Part shown: positions 38,647-49,217 of the stretch, piece after piece
How positions within the stretch are numbered: the first letter of the stretch is position 1
Layout: every line of letters begins with the position of its first letter
Assembly: GCA_045614965.1 (NCBI GenBank)
Contig: JAZLDY010000029.1
Location: 14,814 to 78,813 of the forward strand
Length of the DNA: 64,000 nucleotides
Direction of reading: 5' to 3'
Origin: Tidjanibacter sp.
GTDB taxonomy: Bacteria > Bacteroidota > Bacteroidia > Bacteroidales > Rikenellaceae
Position numbers and translations under genes: made by a program
The notes under the pieces: model-generated
Seen by the model: the letters and a program-made list of their open reading frames with translations, nothing else
Database searches by the model: none
Told to the model about the DNA's origin: nothing

Positions 38647-39492
38647 ATGAAATACTTTGGAGCACACGTCAGCGCAGCAGGGGGAGTTCAGAATGCCCCC
38701 ATAAATGCGCACAACATAGGGGCTACGGCCTTTGCACTCTTCACCAAAAACCAACGCCAATGGTTTGCACCCTCGCTCTCGGAGCGAGATGTTGAGGCCT
38801 TCCGTGAGGAGTGCGAGAGGTTGGGCTACAAACCCTTTCAGATTCTTCCCCACGACTCCTACCTCATCAATCTCGGACACCCCGACGAGGAAGGCCTGCT
38901 CAAATCCCGTGGCTCGTTTATTGAGGAAATGGCTCGCTGTGAGCAGTTGGGCCTCGATAGGCTTAATTTTCACCCGGGTAGCCACTTGGGGCGCATAGGG
39001 CTTGACGAGTGCCTCGACCGTGTGGCCGAGAGCATCAACATTGCCCTTGACAAGACCAAGGGGGTTACGGCTGTGATTGAGAACACCGCAGGTCAGGGCT
39101 CCAATGTGGGCTTTGCGTTTGAGCACATCGCCCACATTATAGACCGTGTGGAGGACAAGTCGAGGGTGGGCTATTGCATAGACACCTGCCACGCCTTTGC
39201 CGCAGGCTACGACCTCTCGTCGGCCGAGGCTTGCGAGAAGACCTTTGCACAGATTGACAACATCATATCGCTCGACTACCTGCGTGGTATGCACCTCAAC
39301 GAGGCTATGCGCCCGCTGGGTAGCCACATCGACCGCCACGAAAGGCTCGGGCACGGACAAATTGGCTGGGAGTGTTTTGAGTACATCGCTCGCAACCCAC
39401 GATTTGACAATATGCCCCTTGTGCTCGAAACCATCGACGAGAGCCTTTGGCCCGAGGAGATTGCCCGCTTGAAGGCTCTTGCAGGAGTTTAG
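38647..39492 (+). CDS. nfo: Endonuclease IV
   Basis: [41 protein letters not shown]. Confidence 0.97.
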   Translation: MKYFGAHVSAAGGVQNAPINAHNIGATAFALFTKNQRQWFAPSLSERDVEAFREECERLGYKPFQILPHDSYLINLGHPDEEGLLKSRGSFIEEMARCEQLGLDRLNFHPGSHLGRIGLDECLDRVAESINIALDKTKGVTAVIENTAGQGSNVGFAFEHIAHIIDRVEDKSRVGYCIDTCHAFAAGYDLSSAEACEKTFAQIDNIISLDYLRGMHLNEAMRPLGSHIDRHERLGHGQIGWECFEYIARNPRFDNMPLVLETIDESLWPEEIARLKALAGV

Positions 39493-39568
39493 GGAGTTTA
39501 GGGAGATTAGGGAGTTTAGGGAGTGTTTATCTCTAACCTCCCTAAATTCTTTACATTCCCTAAATTCT
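39484..39568. repeat. 9-mer array with inverted arms, (TTAGGGAG[T/A])n / (CTCCCTAAA)-like
   Basis: Four GGG runs with 6-nt loops at 39492-39521; lies between convergent nfo and ndk. Confidence 0.9.
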
Positions 39569-39585
39569 CCTATTTCCCACGCCCC

Positions 39586-39987
39586 CTAATAGAAAAACTG
39601 TGAGGCTTCGGCGGCGGCATTGCCGAGGGTGTCGGCAGCGTGGAGGGCGTTGCGGGTGGTGTTGGTGCCATATTTGCGGCGCAGGGTGCCACGCTCTGCT
39701 GTGCGTGGGTTGGTAGTGCCCACCAATTTGCGTAGTGCCGCCACGGCATTCTCCCCTTCGAGTAGTATGGCAATGATGGGCCCCGAGGTCATCAGGTCGA
39801 TTAGCTCTTCCCAAAATGGCTCTCCTCGGTGGGCCTCATAGAAACGCTCGGCTGCGTTGCGGTCGAGTGTTACGAGCCTCATTTGCAGGATGTCGAAACC
39901 AGACTCCAATAGGTCGTTGATGATTTTGCCCTCGGTACGATTGCGCATCGCATCGGGCTTGATGATGCAAAAAGTCCTCTCTTTCAT
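39586..39987 (-). CDS. ndk: Nucleoside diphosphate kinase
   Basis: ERTFCIIKPDA, FYEAH, MTSGP, GTLR, NALHAAD. Confidence 0.95.
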   Translation of the reverse strand: MKERTFCIIKPDAMRNRTEGKIINDLLESGFDILQMRLVTLDRNAAERFYEAHRGEPFWEELIDLMTSGPIIAILLEGENAVAALRKLVGTTNPRTAERGTLRRKYGTNTTRNALHAADTLGNAAAEASQFFY

Positions 39988-40045
39988 AACACCCCTCCCC
40001 TCTGCAAAAAGTGTTCCTATATAACCGTCAACCGACAATAAACAA

Positions 40046-40075
40046 GCCACGGGTAACGGAATCGTTACCCGTGGC
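40046..40075 (-). terminator. Terminator hairpin of the CGGGTA family after rimM
   Basis: GCCACGGGTAACG/CGTTACCCGTGGC. Confidence 0.7.
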
Positions 40076-40094
40076 TGTTTTCTCTTGTGTCTGA

Positions 40095-40619
40095 TTAGTT
40101 GAGGTCCAGGAGTCCCTCAGGGAGGGAGAAGTGGACGGTGCGTTGGGTGGGGGAGTACTCCACAATGAAATCATCCACCGCAGGGATGATAACCTCCCTA
40201 TCGTTGATGTCGATATAGAAGAGAGGATTCCAATCGTCGTCCTCAAAGTCCACTATCTTGCCACTCTCCTCGTGGCCCTCAAAGGTGGCTGTGAAGCCCA
40301 CAAAGTCCTCCAAGTAGAGTTCGTCGTCCTCATCAAAGGATGTTTCCTCTTCGGGCTCCTCAAAGCCCAACAGAAGTTCTTTGCCGATGAGTTCGGCAGC
40401 ACGGTATGGGGTGTCGAGGTCGGCAAACCTCACCACAGCACCACTCTTACCCCTACGTTCGAAGTGGTCGAAAAAAAGAGGAACCACCAGCTTGTCCACA
40501 TAGACAAACAGCGGTTCCTCTGTTGTGAAGTCCGAAGGAAAAGTGTCGTAGAGGTTCAATGTGAGTTCGCCGTGAGTACCGAAACTCTTACCGACTTTGG
40601 CTACTGCAAACTCTTTCAT
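40095..40619 (-). CDS. rimM: Ribosome maturation factor RimM
   Basis: VGKSFGTHGEL and IIPAVDDFI; adjacent to rpsP. Confidence 0.9.
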   Translation of the reverse strand: MKEFAVAKVGKSFGTHGELTLNLYDTFPSDFTTEEPLFVYVDKLVVPLFFDHFERRGKSGAVVRFADLDTPYRAAELIGKELLLGFEEPEEETSFDEDDELYLEDFVGFTATFEGHEESGKIVDFEDDDWNPLFYIDINDREVIIPAVDDFIVEYSPTQRTVHFSLPEGLLDLN

Positions 40620-40739
40620 TGTGGTCTTCTCTGTCGGCCTTGTGTGGTGCACGCAGCCTGATAAATACTCCTCTCTTGTTGCAAAAACTCCCTCTCTTCC
40701 TTCAAACTGTGTTTACCGGACCTTCGTGGGGGCTTTTGA

Positions 40740-41267
40740 CTATGCCTCCTCGGTTGCGGTCTCCTCGGTTGCCTCCTCAGCAGCAGCCTCCTCGGCGGCG
40801 GCAGCGGCAGCAGCCTTCTTCTCAGCTACTTTGGCAGCGATAGCCTCTTTGGTCTTTGCCTCCTCTGCGAGTGCAGCCTTGTGAGCAGCTACCTTGTCAG
40901 CGGCAATCTTACCAGCCTTTGCAGCGATTTTTGCGTTCTTCTCGTCCATCCACTTGTTGAACTTAGCCTCTGCGGTAGCCTCGTCAAATGCGCCTTTGGC
41001 TACACCACCAAGGAGGTGTTTTTTGTACAAAACGCCCTTGTAGGAGAGGATTGCACGGCAAGTATCAGTGGGTTGTGCGCCTTTCTGCAACCAGTCGAGT
41101 GCTTTGTCAGCATTCAACTCGATTGTAGCAGGATTGGTATTAGGGTTGTAAGTACCAAGTTTTTCGATGAACTTACCATCGCGTGGCGCCCTGCTATCTG
41201 CGGCAACGATGTGGTAGAAAGCGTAGCCTTTCTTACCGTGGCGTGCCAAACGAATTTTTACAGACAT
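40740..41267 (-). CDS. rpsP: 30S ribosomal protein S16 with long Bacteroidetes tail
   Basis: [34 protein letters not shown]. Confidence 0.99.
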   Translation of the reverse strand: MSVKIRLARHGKKGYAFYHIVAADSRAPRDGKFIEKLGTYNPNTNPATIELNADKALDWLQKGAQPTDTCRAILSYKGVLYKKHLLGGVAKGAFDEATAEAKFNKWMDEKNAKIAAKAGKIAADKVAAHKAALAEEAKTKEAIAAKVAEKKAAAAAAAEEAAAEEATEETATEEA

Positions 41268-41349
41268 TGTGCGTAAAAGTTTAGTTGTTAATAATTTAGT
41301 TGTCTATTGCCGATGGCTTTTACACCAATCAGCCCGCAAAGATACAAAT

Positions 41350-41444
41350 AAAATTGAAAATTGAAAATTGAAAATTGAAAATTATTGATTTTTATCGATT
41401 TACTATAACTCTCAATTCTCAATTCTCAATTCTCAATTCTCAAT
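41350..41444. repeat. Inverted pair of heptamer arrays (AAAATTG)n ... (AATTCTC)n
   Basis: Directly visible. Confidence 0.9.
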
Positions 41445-41737
41445 TACATCTCCTCTTCCACGTTCCACACAAAGGCCCTCATACCTTGCAGTTGGGTATC
41501 TTTGTCGATGGCACGCAGGGCCTCCATTGTGGGTGCAATTTTGGAGTCCTCCACCACGGCTATAACCGTGGTGTTCATCGCAGGCCAAGTGTGGCTACCC
41601 ATATGTGGCTCGCCTGTGTAGGAGCCCCTACCGTGGGTGAGCGGAAAGAGGGTGTAGCCCCTGATGCCCTGCTCGTCGAGGAGTGCCTCAATGCGTTCGG
41701 TCATCGCCTGATTGTAGGATATAAATAGTGCTTTCAT
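41444..41737 (-). CDS. PG0541-family transporter-associated protein (P-II-like)
   Basis: GRGSYTGEPHMGSHTWPAMN; last gene of the RND operon. Confidence 0.8.
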   Translation of the reverse strand: MKALFISYNQAMTERIEALLDEQGIRGYTLFPLTHGRGSYTGEPHMGSHTWPAMNTTVIAVVEDSKIAPTMEALRAIDKDTQLQGMRAFVWNVEEEM

Positions 41738-41764
41738 ATATCGTTATTCTGCTTTTTTGTCGGT

Positions 41765-44700
41765 TTAACCATTCTGCTCATTGCTCTCGGCAATGGCCTT
41801 CATCTTCTCCTCATACTTGCGTTGCGCACGAGCCTTGTGACGTGCTTGTGCCTTTTCGCTACGGCCCATAAATATATAATATAGTATGGGCACAGCCACA
41901 AGTGTCAACACCAACGAGAAGGTCAGACCACCGATGATGGTGATACCCATCGGTTGCCACAACTCCGCACCATTACCCAAGCCCAAAGCCATAGGCAACA
42001 TACCGAGTACGGTGGTGAGCGAGGTCATCAACACGGGGCGCAGACGGCTCTTGCCGGCCTGCACAACCGCATCATACATCCCCACGCCCCTCTCACGCAG
42101 CAGGTTTGTGAAGTCCACCATCACAATACCGTTCTTCACTACAATACCCACCAGCATCACAATAGCAATCAGTGCCATAAGGCTCAGCGGGGTGTTGGTT
42201 ATCCACAGCGCAATGGCCGAGCCGGGGAGTGCATAGAGGATGGTGAACATAATGATAAAGGGCATCACAAACGACTCAAACTGTGTGGCCATAACGATAT
42301 ACACCAGCAGCACAATGAGTACCATCAGCAGGCCAATGTCGGCAAAAGACTCCTGTTGGTCCTCGAAGTCGCCACCGATGGTGGTATAGACATCCTCGGG
42401 CATAGGGTAGTCGGCCAGCACCTCGTTAATTCTCGCCACCATTTGTCCGAGTGCCACCTTATCGCCGAGTGCCACATTGGCGGTTACGAGCCTCTGGCGG
42501 TTTTGGCGTTCGATGGTGGGTGGTGCATAGGTCTCCACCACCTTGCCAATATCTCGTACCCTCACACCCTGACCACGCTGGTTATAGACGAGGATGTTCT
42601 CCACATCTTCCAACGAGAGTCGGTCCTCCTTGTTGTAACGCACCTTGATATAGTACTCCTCACCATCCTCACGATAGATGGAGGCGGTCATACCATTGAT
42701 GCGGTTACGAATGGCACTTGCCACGGTGGAGGAGTTAAGACCGTAGTAGGCCAAGCGGTTGCGGTCGAACTCCACATTATACTCGGGCCTCATATCGTCC
42801 CTCGACACACGCACGTCCCTTGCGCCCTCCAAGCGGGAGAATTGCTCCACAAGGTCGCCGGCAATTTGGTTGGTGCGCTCGATGTCGTGGCCGAAAATCT
42901 GCACCTGCACCGAACTGCTACCACCCATCATACCGCCACCTGTGCTAACGTGGGAGCGTTTAATCTCCGGAATACCGGCAAGGTCGGCACGGAATTCATC
43001 GGCAATCTGGAACACGGTGCGCTCCCTCTCTTGCGGGTCGGTCAGGCGGAAGGTGTAGTTGATGATGTTGCTACCCGTGGTGCTCATTGCGGCAAACACA
43101 TTGGAGGTGCTCGACGAGCCTGCACTCGTGGAGAGCAGCACCACTTCGGGATACTTGGCATAGACGATGGAGTCGATACGGCGAGCCACAGCCGAGGTGT
43201 AGCCCACGCTGAGGTTTTGGTCGAGGGTGATGGTTGCGCTCATCTGGTCGCCATCGCTACTCGGCATAAACTCCGTGGGAATCTTGGTGGCAAAGAGCCA
43301 CAAACCAAAGCCCAGCAGCACCATAGGCACAAAGAATACCAACTTCTTGTGGCGGAGGGCCCAACGAAGGATTTTCTCGTAGGCCCTATCGAGCCAACCG
43401 AGGAAGCGGTCGATGGGTTTATAGACGATGCCTATGCCCTTATAGACGTGTTGGTTGTTCTCGATGCGGAGCAGTTTGGCCGAGAGCATAGGGGTAAGCG
43501 AAATGGCCGCAATGGTGGAGGTTGTTACCACCAACGACACAATCCAACCCAACTGCTGGAACATCACACCTGCCATACCTTTAACCATTGTCAGGGGCAG
43601 GAACACGGCCACAACAACCAGTGTGGTTGCAATAACCGACAGCCACACCTCATTGGTACCATAGATTGCCGCCTCACGAGGTTTACTTCCCCTCTCGATG
43701 TGGGTGGTGATGTTCTCCAATACCACAATGGCATCATCTACAACCATACCGATTGCAATCGAAAGCGACGACAGGGAGATGATGTTGAGTGTTCCGCCCG
43801 TGAGGTGGAGGTAGATGAACGACACCACCAACGAGATGGGAATGGTAAGGCAGATAATCAGTGTTGCCCTCCATCTTCCGAGGAAGAAGAGCACCACCAA
43901 AATCACAAACAAGAAGGCGAACATCACCGTATCGGTCAGTGTGTCGATACTATCCTTGATGTTCTTCGACGAGTCGCCCAAGATGTGTATTGTTACATCC
44001 GAGGGGAGGTTGCGCTCAATCTCGGGCAACATCTTTTTGACCTTCTCGATAATCTTCACGGTGTTGGCACCCGATTGTTTCTGAATCATCACCCTCACAC
44101 CCTTCTCGCCGTTGAGCCTCTCGTCGAGGGTCTCCTCTTCGAGGGTGTCCTTAATTTCGGCAATATCTCGCAGATAGACCTCCTGGCCACCCATATTGCT
44201 GATGAGGATGGTTTTCAGGTCGTCGGAGGAGTTGAACTCTCCGTCGGCCTTGATGTTGTAGGTGTGGTTGCCGATGTCGAGCGTACCACCCGAGGTGTTG
44301 ACGTTCTCTTGTGCGATGATTGCGCCAATCTGCTCCACCGACAGACCATAGGCTTCGAGCTTCACGGGGTCCACATTCACTTGGATTTCCCTCACAGGGG
44401 CACCCATAATGCCCACCGAGCCCACGCCATCAATGCGGCTGAGTCGGTTGGAGAACTGCTCTTCGAGGATTTTGTTGAGCGCAGGATAACTCTCCTCGGC
44501 TGTGATGGCGAACGACATAATTGGCATCAGCGAGGAGTTGAAGCGGAACAAAATGGGCTCCTCGGCATCATCCGGCATATACTCCGAGAGTCGTCCTATG
44601 GCATCACGGATGTCGTTGGAGGCCTCATCGAGATTGGTTCCCCACTCAAATTCGAGCGACACGAGCGACACTCCGTCGCTCGACTTGGAGGTAATCTCTT

Positions 44701-44932
44701 TGAGGTTGCTCACGGTGTTCAGACCGTCCTCAATGCGCCTTGTGATGTTGTTCTCCACATCCTCGGCATTGGCACCCTGATAGGTTGTGATGACCGAAAT
44801 GGACGGTAGGTCCATCTCGGGCAACATATCAATTGCCAGGTTGTTCAACGAAAAGAGACCAAACACAATCACAGCCACAAAGATTAGGGCTGTGGATATC
44901 GGTTTCTTTACGGAAGTTTCGTATATCTTCAT
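41765..44932 (-). CDS. RND efflux permease (AcrB/AcrD/AcrF family)
   Basis: GMVVDDAIVVLENI, GIVVKNGIVMVD, SRLRPVLMTSLTT. Confidence 0.97.
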   Translation of the reverse strand: MKIYETSVKKPISTALIFVAVIVFGLFSLNNLAIDMLPEMDLPSISVITTYQGANAEDVENNITRRIEDGLNTVSNLKEITSKSSDGVSLVSLEFEWGTNLDEASNDIRDAIGRLSEYMPDDAEEPILFRFNSSLMPIMSFAITAEESYPALNKILEEQFSNRLSRIDGVGSVGIMGAPVREIQVNVDPVKLEAYGLSVEQIGAIIAQENVNTSGGTLDIGNHTYNIKADGEFNSSDDLKTILISNMGGQEVYLRDIAEIKDTLEEETLDERLNGEKGVRVMIQKQSGANTVKIIEKVKKMLPEIERNLPSDVTIHILGDSSKNIKDSIDTLTDTVMFAFLFVILVVLFFLGRWRATLIICLTIPISLVVSFIYLHLTGGTLNIISLSSLSIAIGMVVDDAIVVLENITTHIERGSKPREAAIYGTNEVWLSVIATTLVVVAVFLPLTMVKGMAGVMFQQLGWIVSLVVTTSTIAAISLTPMLSAKLLRIENNQHVYKGIGIVYKPIDRFLGWLDRAYEKILRWALRHKKLVFFVPMVLLGFGLWLFATKIPTEFMPSSDGDQMSATITLDQNLSVGYTSAVARRIDSIVYAKYPEVVLLSTSAGSSSTSNVFAAMSTTGSNIINYTFRLTDPQERERTVFQIADEFRADLAGIPEIKRSHVSTGGGMMGGSSSVQVQIFGHDIERTNQIAGDLVEQFSRLEGARDVRVSRDDMRPEYNVEFDRNRLAYYGLNSSTVASAIRNRINGMTASIYREDGEEYYIKVRYNKEDRLSLEDVENILVYNQRGQGVRVRDIGKVVETYAPPTIERQNRQRLVTANVALGDKVALGQMVARINEVLADYPMPEDVYTTIGGDFEDQQESFADIGLLMVLIVLLVYIVMATQFESFVMPFIIMFTILYALPGSAIALWITNTPLSLMALIAIVMLVGIVVKNGIVMVDFTNLLRERGVGMYDAVVQAGKSRLRPVLMTSLTTVLGMLPMALGLGNGAELWQPMGITIIGGLTFSLVLTLVAVPILYYIFMGRSEKAQARHKARAQRKYEEKMKAIAESNEQNG

Positions 44933-44982
44933 TGTTCTGTTTTTTCTCGTTGTTGTTTGCTTCTAATGGCTTTGTGGCGGTC

Positions 44983-46029
44983 CTATTTCACCACCTCAAC
45001 GGTGGTGCCGTTTTTGATTTTGGATAGGGCGGTGATGGCAACCTCTTCGCCCTCGGCTACGCCCGAGAGAATCTCCACCTGTTGGCCCACCTGGCGACCG
45101 AGGGTTACAACCCTACGCTCGGCAACACCGTCCTTGATGACATAGACGTAGCGGTCGTTCACACCCATCTGCTTCTGCACAGCCACGTCGGGCACCACAA
45201 GGCTCTTGCGGTTACCCATATTAAATTCCGTGCGGGCAAACATACCGGGGCGCAAAATCTCCTTGGCATTGGGTACAAGTACCTCCACATTGAAGGTGTG
45301 GGTGGTGGCGTTGATGGCGGGATAGACAATGTTCACCTCGCCCTCAAACTCCCTATCGGGATAGACCTCGGCCAAAACCTTAACCTTCATACCTTTATAT
45401 ACTTGTGGGTAGTACTGCTCCGAGAGGGCCACGATTGCTTTGAGGCGGTTGATTTGCATCACCTGCAACACACCCACGCCACCATCGGCATTACCGCCCA
45501 TAGTGAACAAGTCGCCCGGCTCGTTGTAGCGGCCCGTGATGACACCATCGATGGGCGAACGAAGTTCGATGTTGCGCTCCAAGTTGGCGATGTTCTCCTC
45601 CATAACCGACACAGAGGTCTCCAACTCGTCAATCTGCGAACGGCTCACGCCACCTGCCTCATACACGCTACGCATACGAGCGAGGTTCTGTTTGGCATTT
45701 TTGAGTTGTGCGGCGGTCTGGTTGTATTGGTTCCTATCGAGGGTGGCCACAAGTTGTCCCTCCTTGACGTGGTCGCCCACGTCAACCCTAATCTCGTCGA
45801 TACGGAGGGCCATTTGGGGAGTGATGAAGGTCTTTTTGTAGGGCAGCAGGGTGGTCGTGAAGTCAACCGTTTGTGCCACCTCCACATTCTCCACGGGTGC
45901 AACCTTTGTCAGTACAGCGGTCTGCTGGGTGAGTACAGCCTCAACACTACTCTTTGTCTTGTTGCCCACGCAACCAGCAAGGGCGAGGGTGGCCACTGCG
46001 GCCACTGCAATCAAAATACTACGTTTCAT
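44983..46029 (-). CDS. RND periplasmic adaptor subunit
   Basis: Lipobox LAGC; VDVGDHVKEGQLVA, SPIDGVI, LRPGMF. Confidence 0.95.
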   Translation of the reverse strand: MKRSILIAVAAVATLALAGCVGNKTKSSVEAVLTQQTAVLTKVAPVENVEVAQTVDFTTTLLPYKKTFITPQMALRIDEIRVDVGDHVKEGQLVATLDRNQYNQTAAQLKNAKQNLARMRSVYEAGGVSRSQIDELETSVSVMEENIANLERNIELRSPIDGVITGRYNEPGDLFTMGGNADGGVGVLQVMQINRLKAIVALSEQYYPQVYKGMKVKVLAEVYPDREFEGEVNIVYPAINATTHTFNVEVLVPNAKEILRPGMFARTEFNMGNRKSLVVPDVAVQKQMGVNDRYVYVIKDGVAERRVVTLGRQVGQQVEILSGVAEGEEVAITALSKIKNGTTVEVVK

Positions 46030-46124
46030 AAACTTTGCTGTCTAACGTCAATATCTCTGACGTCAAAAAAATATATTATTTACTATGTTCTCAATTTTCA
46101 AAACAGACGCCCCCGCTGCTGCGC

Positions 46125-46241
46125 AGCACCCCCTCTAACTTAGAGGGGGACCTTCTTATTCTCGGGTATCTTTTTTAATACCCGAAATAAAAATGCGCCG
46201 CAGGCACCTTAATTTTCCATTTTCAATTTTCAATTTTCAAA
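46125..46241. repeat. Intergenic mosaic (REP-like hairpin, 22-bp palindrome, GCGC linker, heptamers)
   Basis: Same modules as 51640-51850. Confidence 0.88.
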
Positions 46242-47600
46242 CCCTTTGCCGATGATTTTCTCATAGTCGGCCCTGGCGGCCAAAAAGTCATAGATGGCTT
46301 GCGAGTAGTTCAGACGTGCCTGCGTGAGCGACAACTCCGAGGAGTTGAGTTCGAGGATGGTGCCCGTGCCGGCGTTGTAGCGCACCTGGGCAATCTCGTA
46401 GGCTTTGGCTGCCTGACGTACCGTAATCTCGTTGCTGGTCATCTTCTCCTTGGCTGTCAGGATGTTGTTGAAGGCACTCTCCACCTGCACATTCACGCTC
46501 TGGGCAAGGTAGTCCCTTTGGAGCGAGAGTTGGTGAAGGGTGTTGCGAATCTCGTGTGCTTTGTTGAGGTTGCGACCACCCGAAAAGAGGGGGATGCTGA
46601 TGGATATGCCCGCCGAAAGGGGCTTCTGCCACCACCACTCCTTCTTGGTTGTGGGCGCAGAGGAGCCTCCACCCATACCGCCCATACTTCCACCGATAAT
46701 CTCGCCAAAGTTCATCGAGTTGTCGTTACCGGAGTACATAAAGGTAGAGAAGGCTGCAATGGTCGGCAGGCGGCTTGCGTTGGTCATTCGGAGCTGGTGT
46801 TCCAGCAGTTTGCGCTGAAATTCCAACGAGCGCAGGTCGGTATTGTTGGACAAGTCCACACTGTCGGTGGGGATGATTGCCAGGGCCACCTCCTCGGCAA
46901 AGTCGTCCAGGGTGCCCTCCAAAACAAAGTCGCTCTGGGCAGGCAGGCCGAGATACATCTTAAAGAGGAGCTTTGTGGCCTTGATTGAGTTCTCCGTTTG
47001 CACAATGTTGGGCCTCAGGTTGCTCAACTGCACCTGTGCCGACAGAAGGTCATACTCGCTGGCAAGGCCCTGCTGGTACATCTTCTCGGTGTTGGCCACC
47101 GTCTCGGCAATGGACTTCTCGCTCTCCTTCAAAACCGAACGCGACTGCTCGGCCAGCAGAATGTTGTAATATCCTTTTTTGACCTCGTTGGTGAGATTGA
47201 TTTTCGACGAACGTGCACTCTCAACCGCCTGCTCCATCTGTGTACGATTCATTTTGAGCGTCTCATAGACGGTGGGGGCATAGAGTGGTAGGGAGAGTGA
47301 GGCGGTGTTGTTGATGGTGTTGTCGGCACCAAACGAAAGGCCTTTGGCCATCTCCTGCTTAACGATGCTGTATGAGTATTGACTCTGTACCGACACGTTG
47401 GGCAGCAGGCTGCCGATGGTCTGCTTGCGCACCCAATCCTGACGCTCAATCTCCAAGCCCGACACCACAATCGTAGGGTTGTCGCTCAGAGCTATTTCGA
47501 GAGCTTTGTCGAGAGTGAGAGTGAGTGTTTGTGCTCCTGCGAGCCCCACGGATAGGCCCACCAGCGAAATGCACAATGTGAAAAATCTCTTCATAATCAT
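46230..47600 (-). CDS. TolC family outer-membrane channel
   Basis: ALEIALSDNP, YNAGTGTILEL and helical repeats. Confidence 0.93.
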   Translation of the reverse strand: MIMKRFFTLCISLVGLSVGLAGAQTLTLTLDKALEIALSDNPTIVVSGLEIERQDWVRKQTIGSLLPNVSVQSQYSYSIVKQEMAKGLSFGADNTINNTASLSLPLYAPTVYETLKMNRTQMEQAVESARSSKINLTNEVKKGYYNILLAEQSRSVLKESEKSIAETVANTEKMYQQGLASEYDLLSAQVQLSNLRPNIVQTENSIKATKLLFKMYLGLPAQSDFVLEGTLDDFAEEVALAIIPTDSVDLSNNTDLRSLEFQRKLLEHQLRMTNASRLPTIAAFSTFMYSGNDNSMNFGEIIGGSMGGMGGGSSAPTTKKEWWWQKPLSAGISISIPLFSGGRNLNKAHEIRNTLHQLSLQRDYLAQSVNVQVESAFNNILTAKEKMTSNEITVRQAAKAYEIAQVRYNAGTGTILELNSSELSLTQARLNYSQAIYDFLAARADYEKIIGKGFEN

Positions 47601-47769
47601 TATCTATATATGTTCTATTTTTCTTATTCTTATAACCTATTTATTGCCAGCAATGTAGCTCATCGTAGGAAAGGTGGCGCAAAGGTAGTCAGAAAACTCA
47701 AAAACCACAACGTTTTTTTCTCTCTTCTTATTGCGTGTCAATGTTGATTTGTACCTCAAAAAAGTGTAC

Positions 47770-47885
47770 AAAAAAAGGTTACGTTTAATTGAAACGCAAC
47801 CTTTTTTCCCAAACAGGGGATAGAATCACTTCTTGCCCTGTTTCTACTAACCTAAAACTACTAACCTAAATGAACCTTAAAACTT
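47770..47885 (-). ncRNA. Candidate sRNA B (about 115 nt)
   Basis: -7 box TATCTTTG (47891-47898); two TAGGTTAGTAG copies; hairpin 47811-47843; terminator 47770-47801; no ORF. Confidence 0.65.
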
Positions 47886-48044
47886 CGCTGCAAAGATAAG
47901 GGCATTTTGTGCAATTTTCCAAATATATTAAAATTTTTTAATAATAATTTAACATTGGAAACAGTGTTAATTTATGCAGACAAGGGGTTATTGCGTTGGT
48001 TTTCAACACAATAGGTTGGTTTTGAAATAAAACAACGATTTTTG

Positions 48045-49082
48045 TTACCTGAGAAGTTTAAGTAACCTTGCAAGCACCATTTCGGGCGATATGCGGGTCA
48101 TACACTCATAGTGTCCAAAGAGGCAGGCCCTACGTCCGTCGGCCGAGCAAGGGCGACACGGAAGCTCCACTTGCACCGCATAAGTGGGGTTTTGTCCATA
48201 GCCGCAAGACTCTATGAATGGGTGAGTTGCGCCCCAGATTGATACCGCCGGAGTGCCCACCAACGAGGCCAAACTCAACACCGGATGGTCAACCGTAACC
48301 ACTGCATCGAGTGTCGAAATGAGGTCCATTTGCTCGCTCAGCGAGGCTCTCTCGGCCACGGACACCACCGATGGGAAAAGAGTCTCCATTCCCTCACAAA
48401 ATTGTTTTTGATAGGTGCCACTTCCAAAAACGAACACTTTTTCGTAGCGTGCAGCGAGTTGCTTTATCAATTCGGCAGATTGGTCTATGGGGTAACAATT
48501 CCCTTTGCGGTGCGACAGCAGGGCAACACCTATCCATCGGCCACTCTTCTCGCCTGCCAGAATGGAGGCAATGTGTGGGGGCTCGCCTGTGCGCTTACGG
48601 CGCACGGGGGCAGGCATACTGAATGGTAGGCCGAGTCGCTCAAATACATCTCGTGAGCGTTGCGACAGGGGAGAGAGTTGCACCATCACCTTGCGGAATT
48701 TGCGGGTGAGGAGTTTGCGCTCAATCTTGCCACGCTCTATTGTGGAGGTTAGCCTGCGCCACGGAGTGGGGCAGAAACGTAGCCTGCGACTGCGTGGGGA
48801 GGCTTCAAGGTCGGCAACTCCGTCAACCCTAAGCCTTTGGATGTCGCCCCAGAGTTTCAGCCCTCCCAACACGCCCCTGTATTTGGCATCGTCGGCCAGC
48901 AGAAATTCCAACCCCGACACACCTCTGAACAGAGGTAGGAGTGCAGAGGAGGTCAGCACGGTGAGTTTGATGTTGGGGTAATCACGCTTCAATCCTCGCA
49001 GGGCGTGCACACACATTGCCGCCTTTGCCACGTCGGTAAGGCGGACAACAAGGATGTGTTCTATGGGCCTCTGTTTTTTCAT
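48045..49082 (-). CDS. Glycosyltransferase family 9 (heptosyltransferase-like)
   Basis: ILVVRLTDV, LASLVGTPAVSIWGAT, CRPCS...C...C. Confidence 0.85.
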   Translation of the reverse strand: MKKQRPIEHILVVRLTDVAKAAMCVHALRGLKRDYPNIKLTVLTSSALLPLFRGVSGLEFLLADDAKYRGVLGGLKLWGDIQRLRVDGVADLEASPRSRRLRFCPTPWRRLTSTIERGKIERKLLTRKFRKVMVQLSPLSQRSRDVFERLGLPFSMPAPVRRKRTGEPPHIASILAGEKSGRWIGVALLSHRKGNCYPIDQSAELIKQLAARYEKVFVFGSGTYQKQFCEGMETLFPSVVSVAERASLSEQMDLISTLDAVVTVDHPVLSLASLVGTPAVSIWGATHPFIESCGYGQNPTYAVQVELPCRPCSADGRRACLFGHYECMTRISPEMVLARLLKLLR

Positions 49083-49217
49083 CGTTGCGTGAGTGGTGAT
49101 TGTGGCTACAAAGGTAGGAATTTTATGCGGACAACCACCCACTCAGCGACCAAAAAATAAAAGTGCGGCCCTCATCCAAAGGCCACACTTTCACTTTATC
49201 ACCAATTCTTTCAATAC

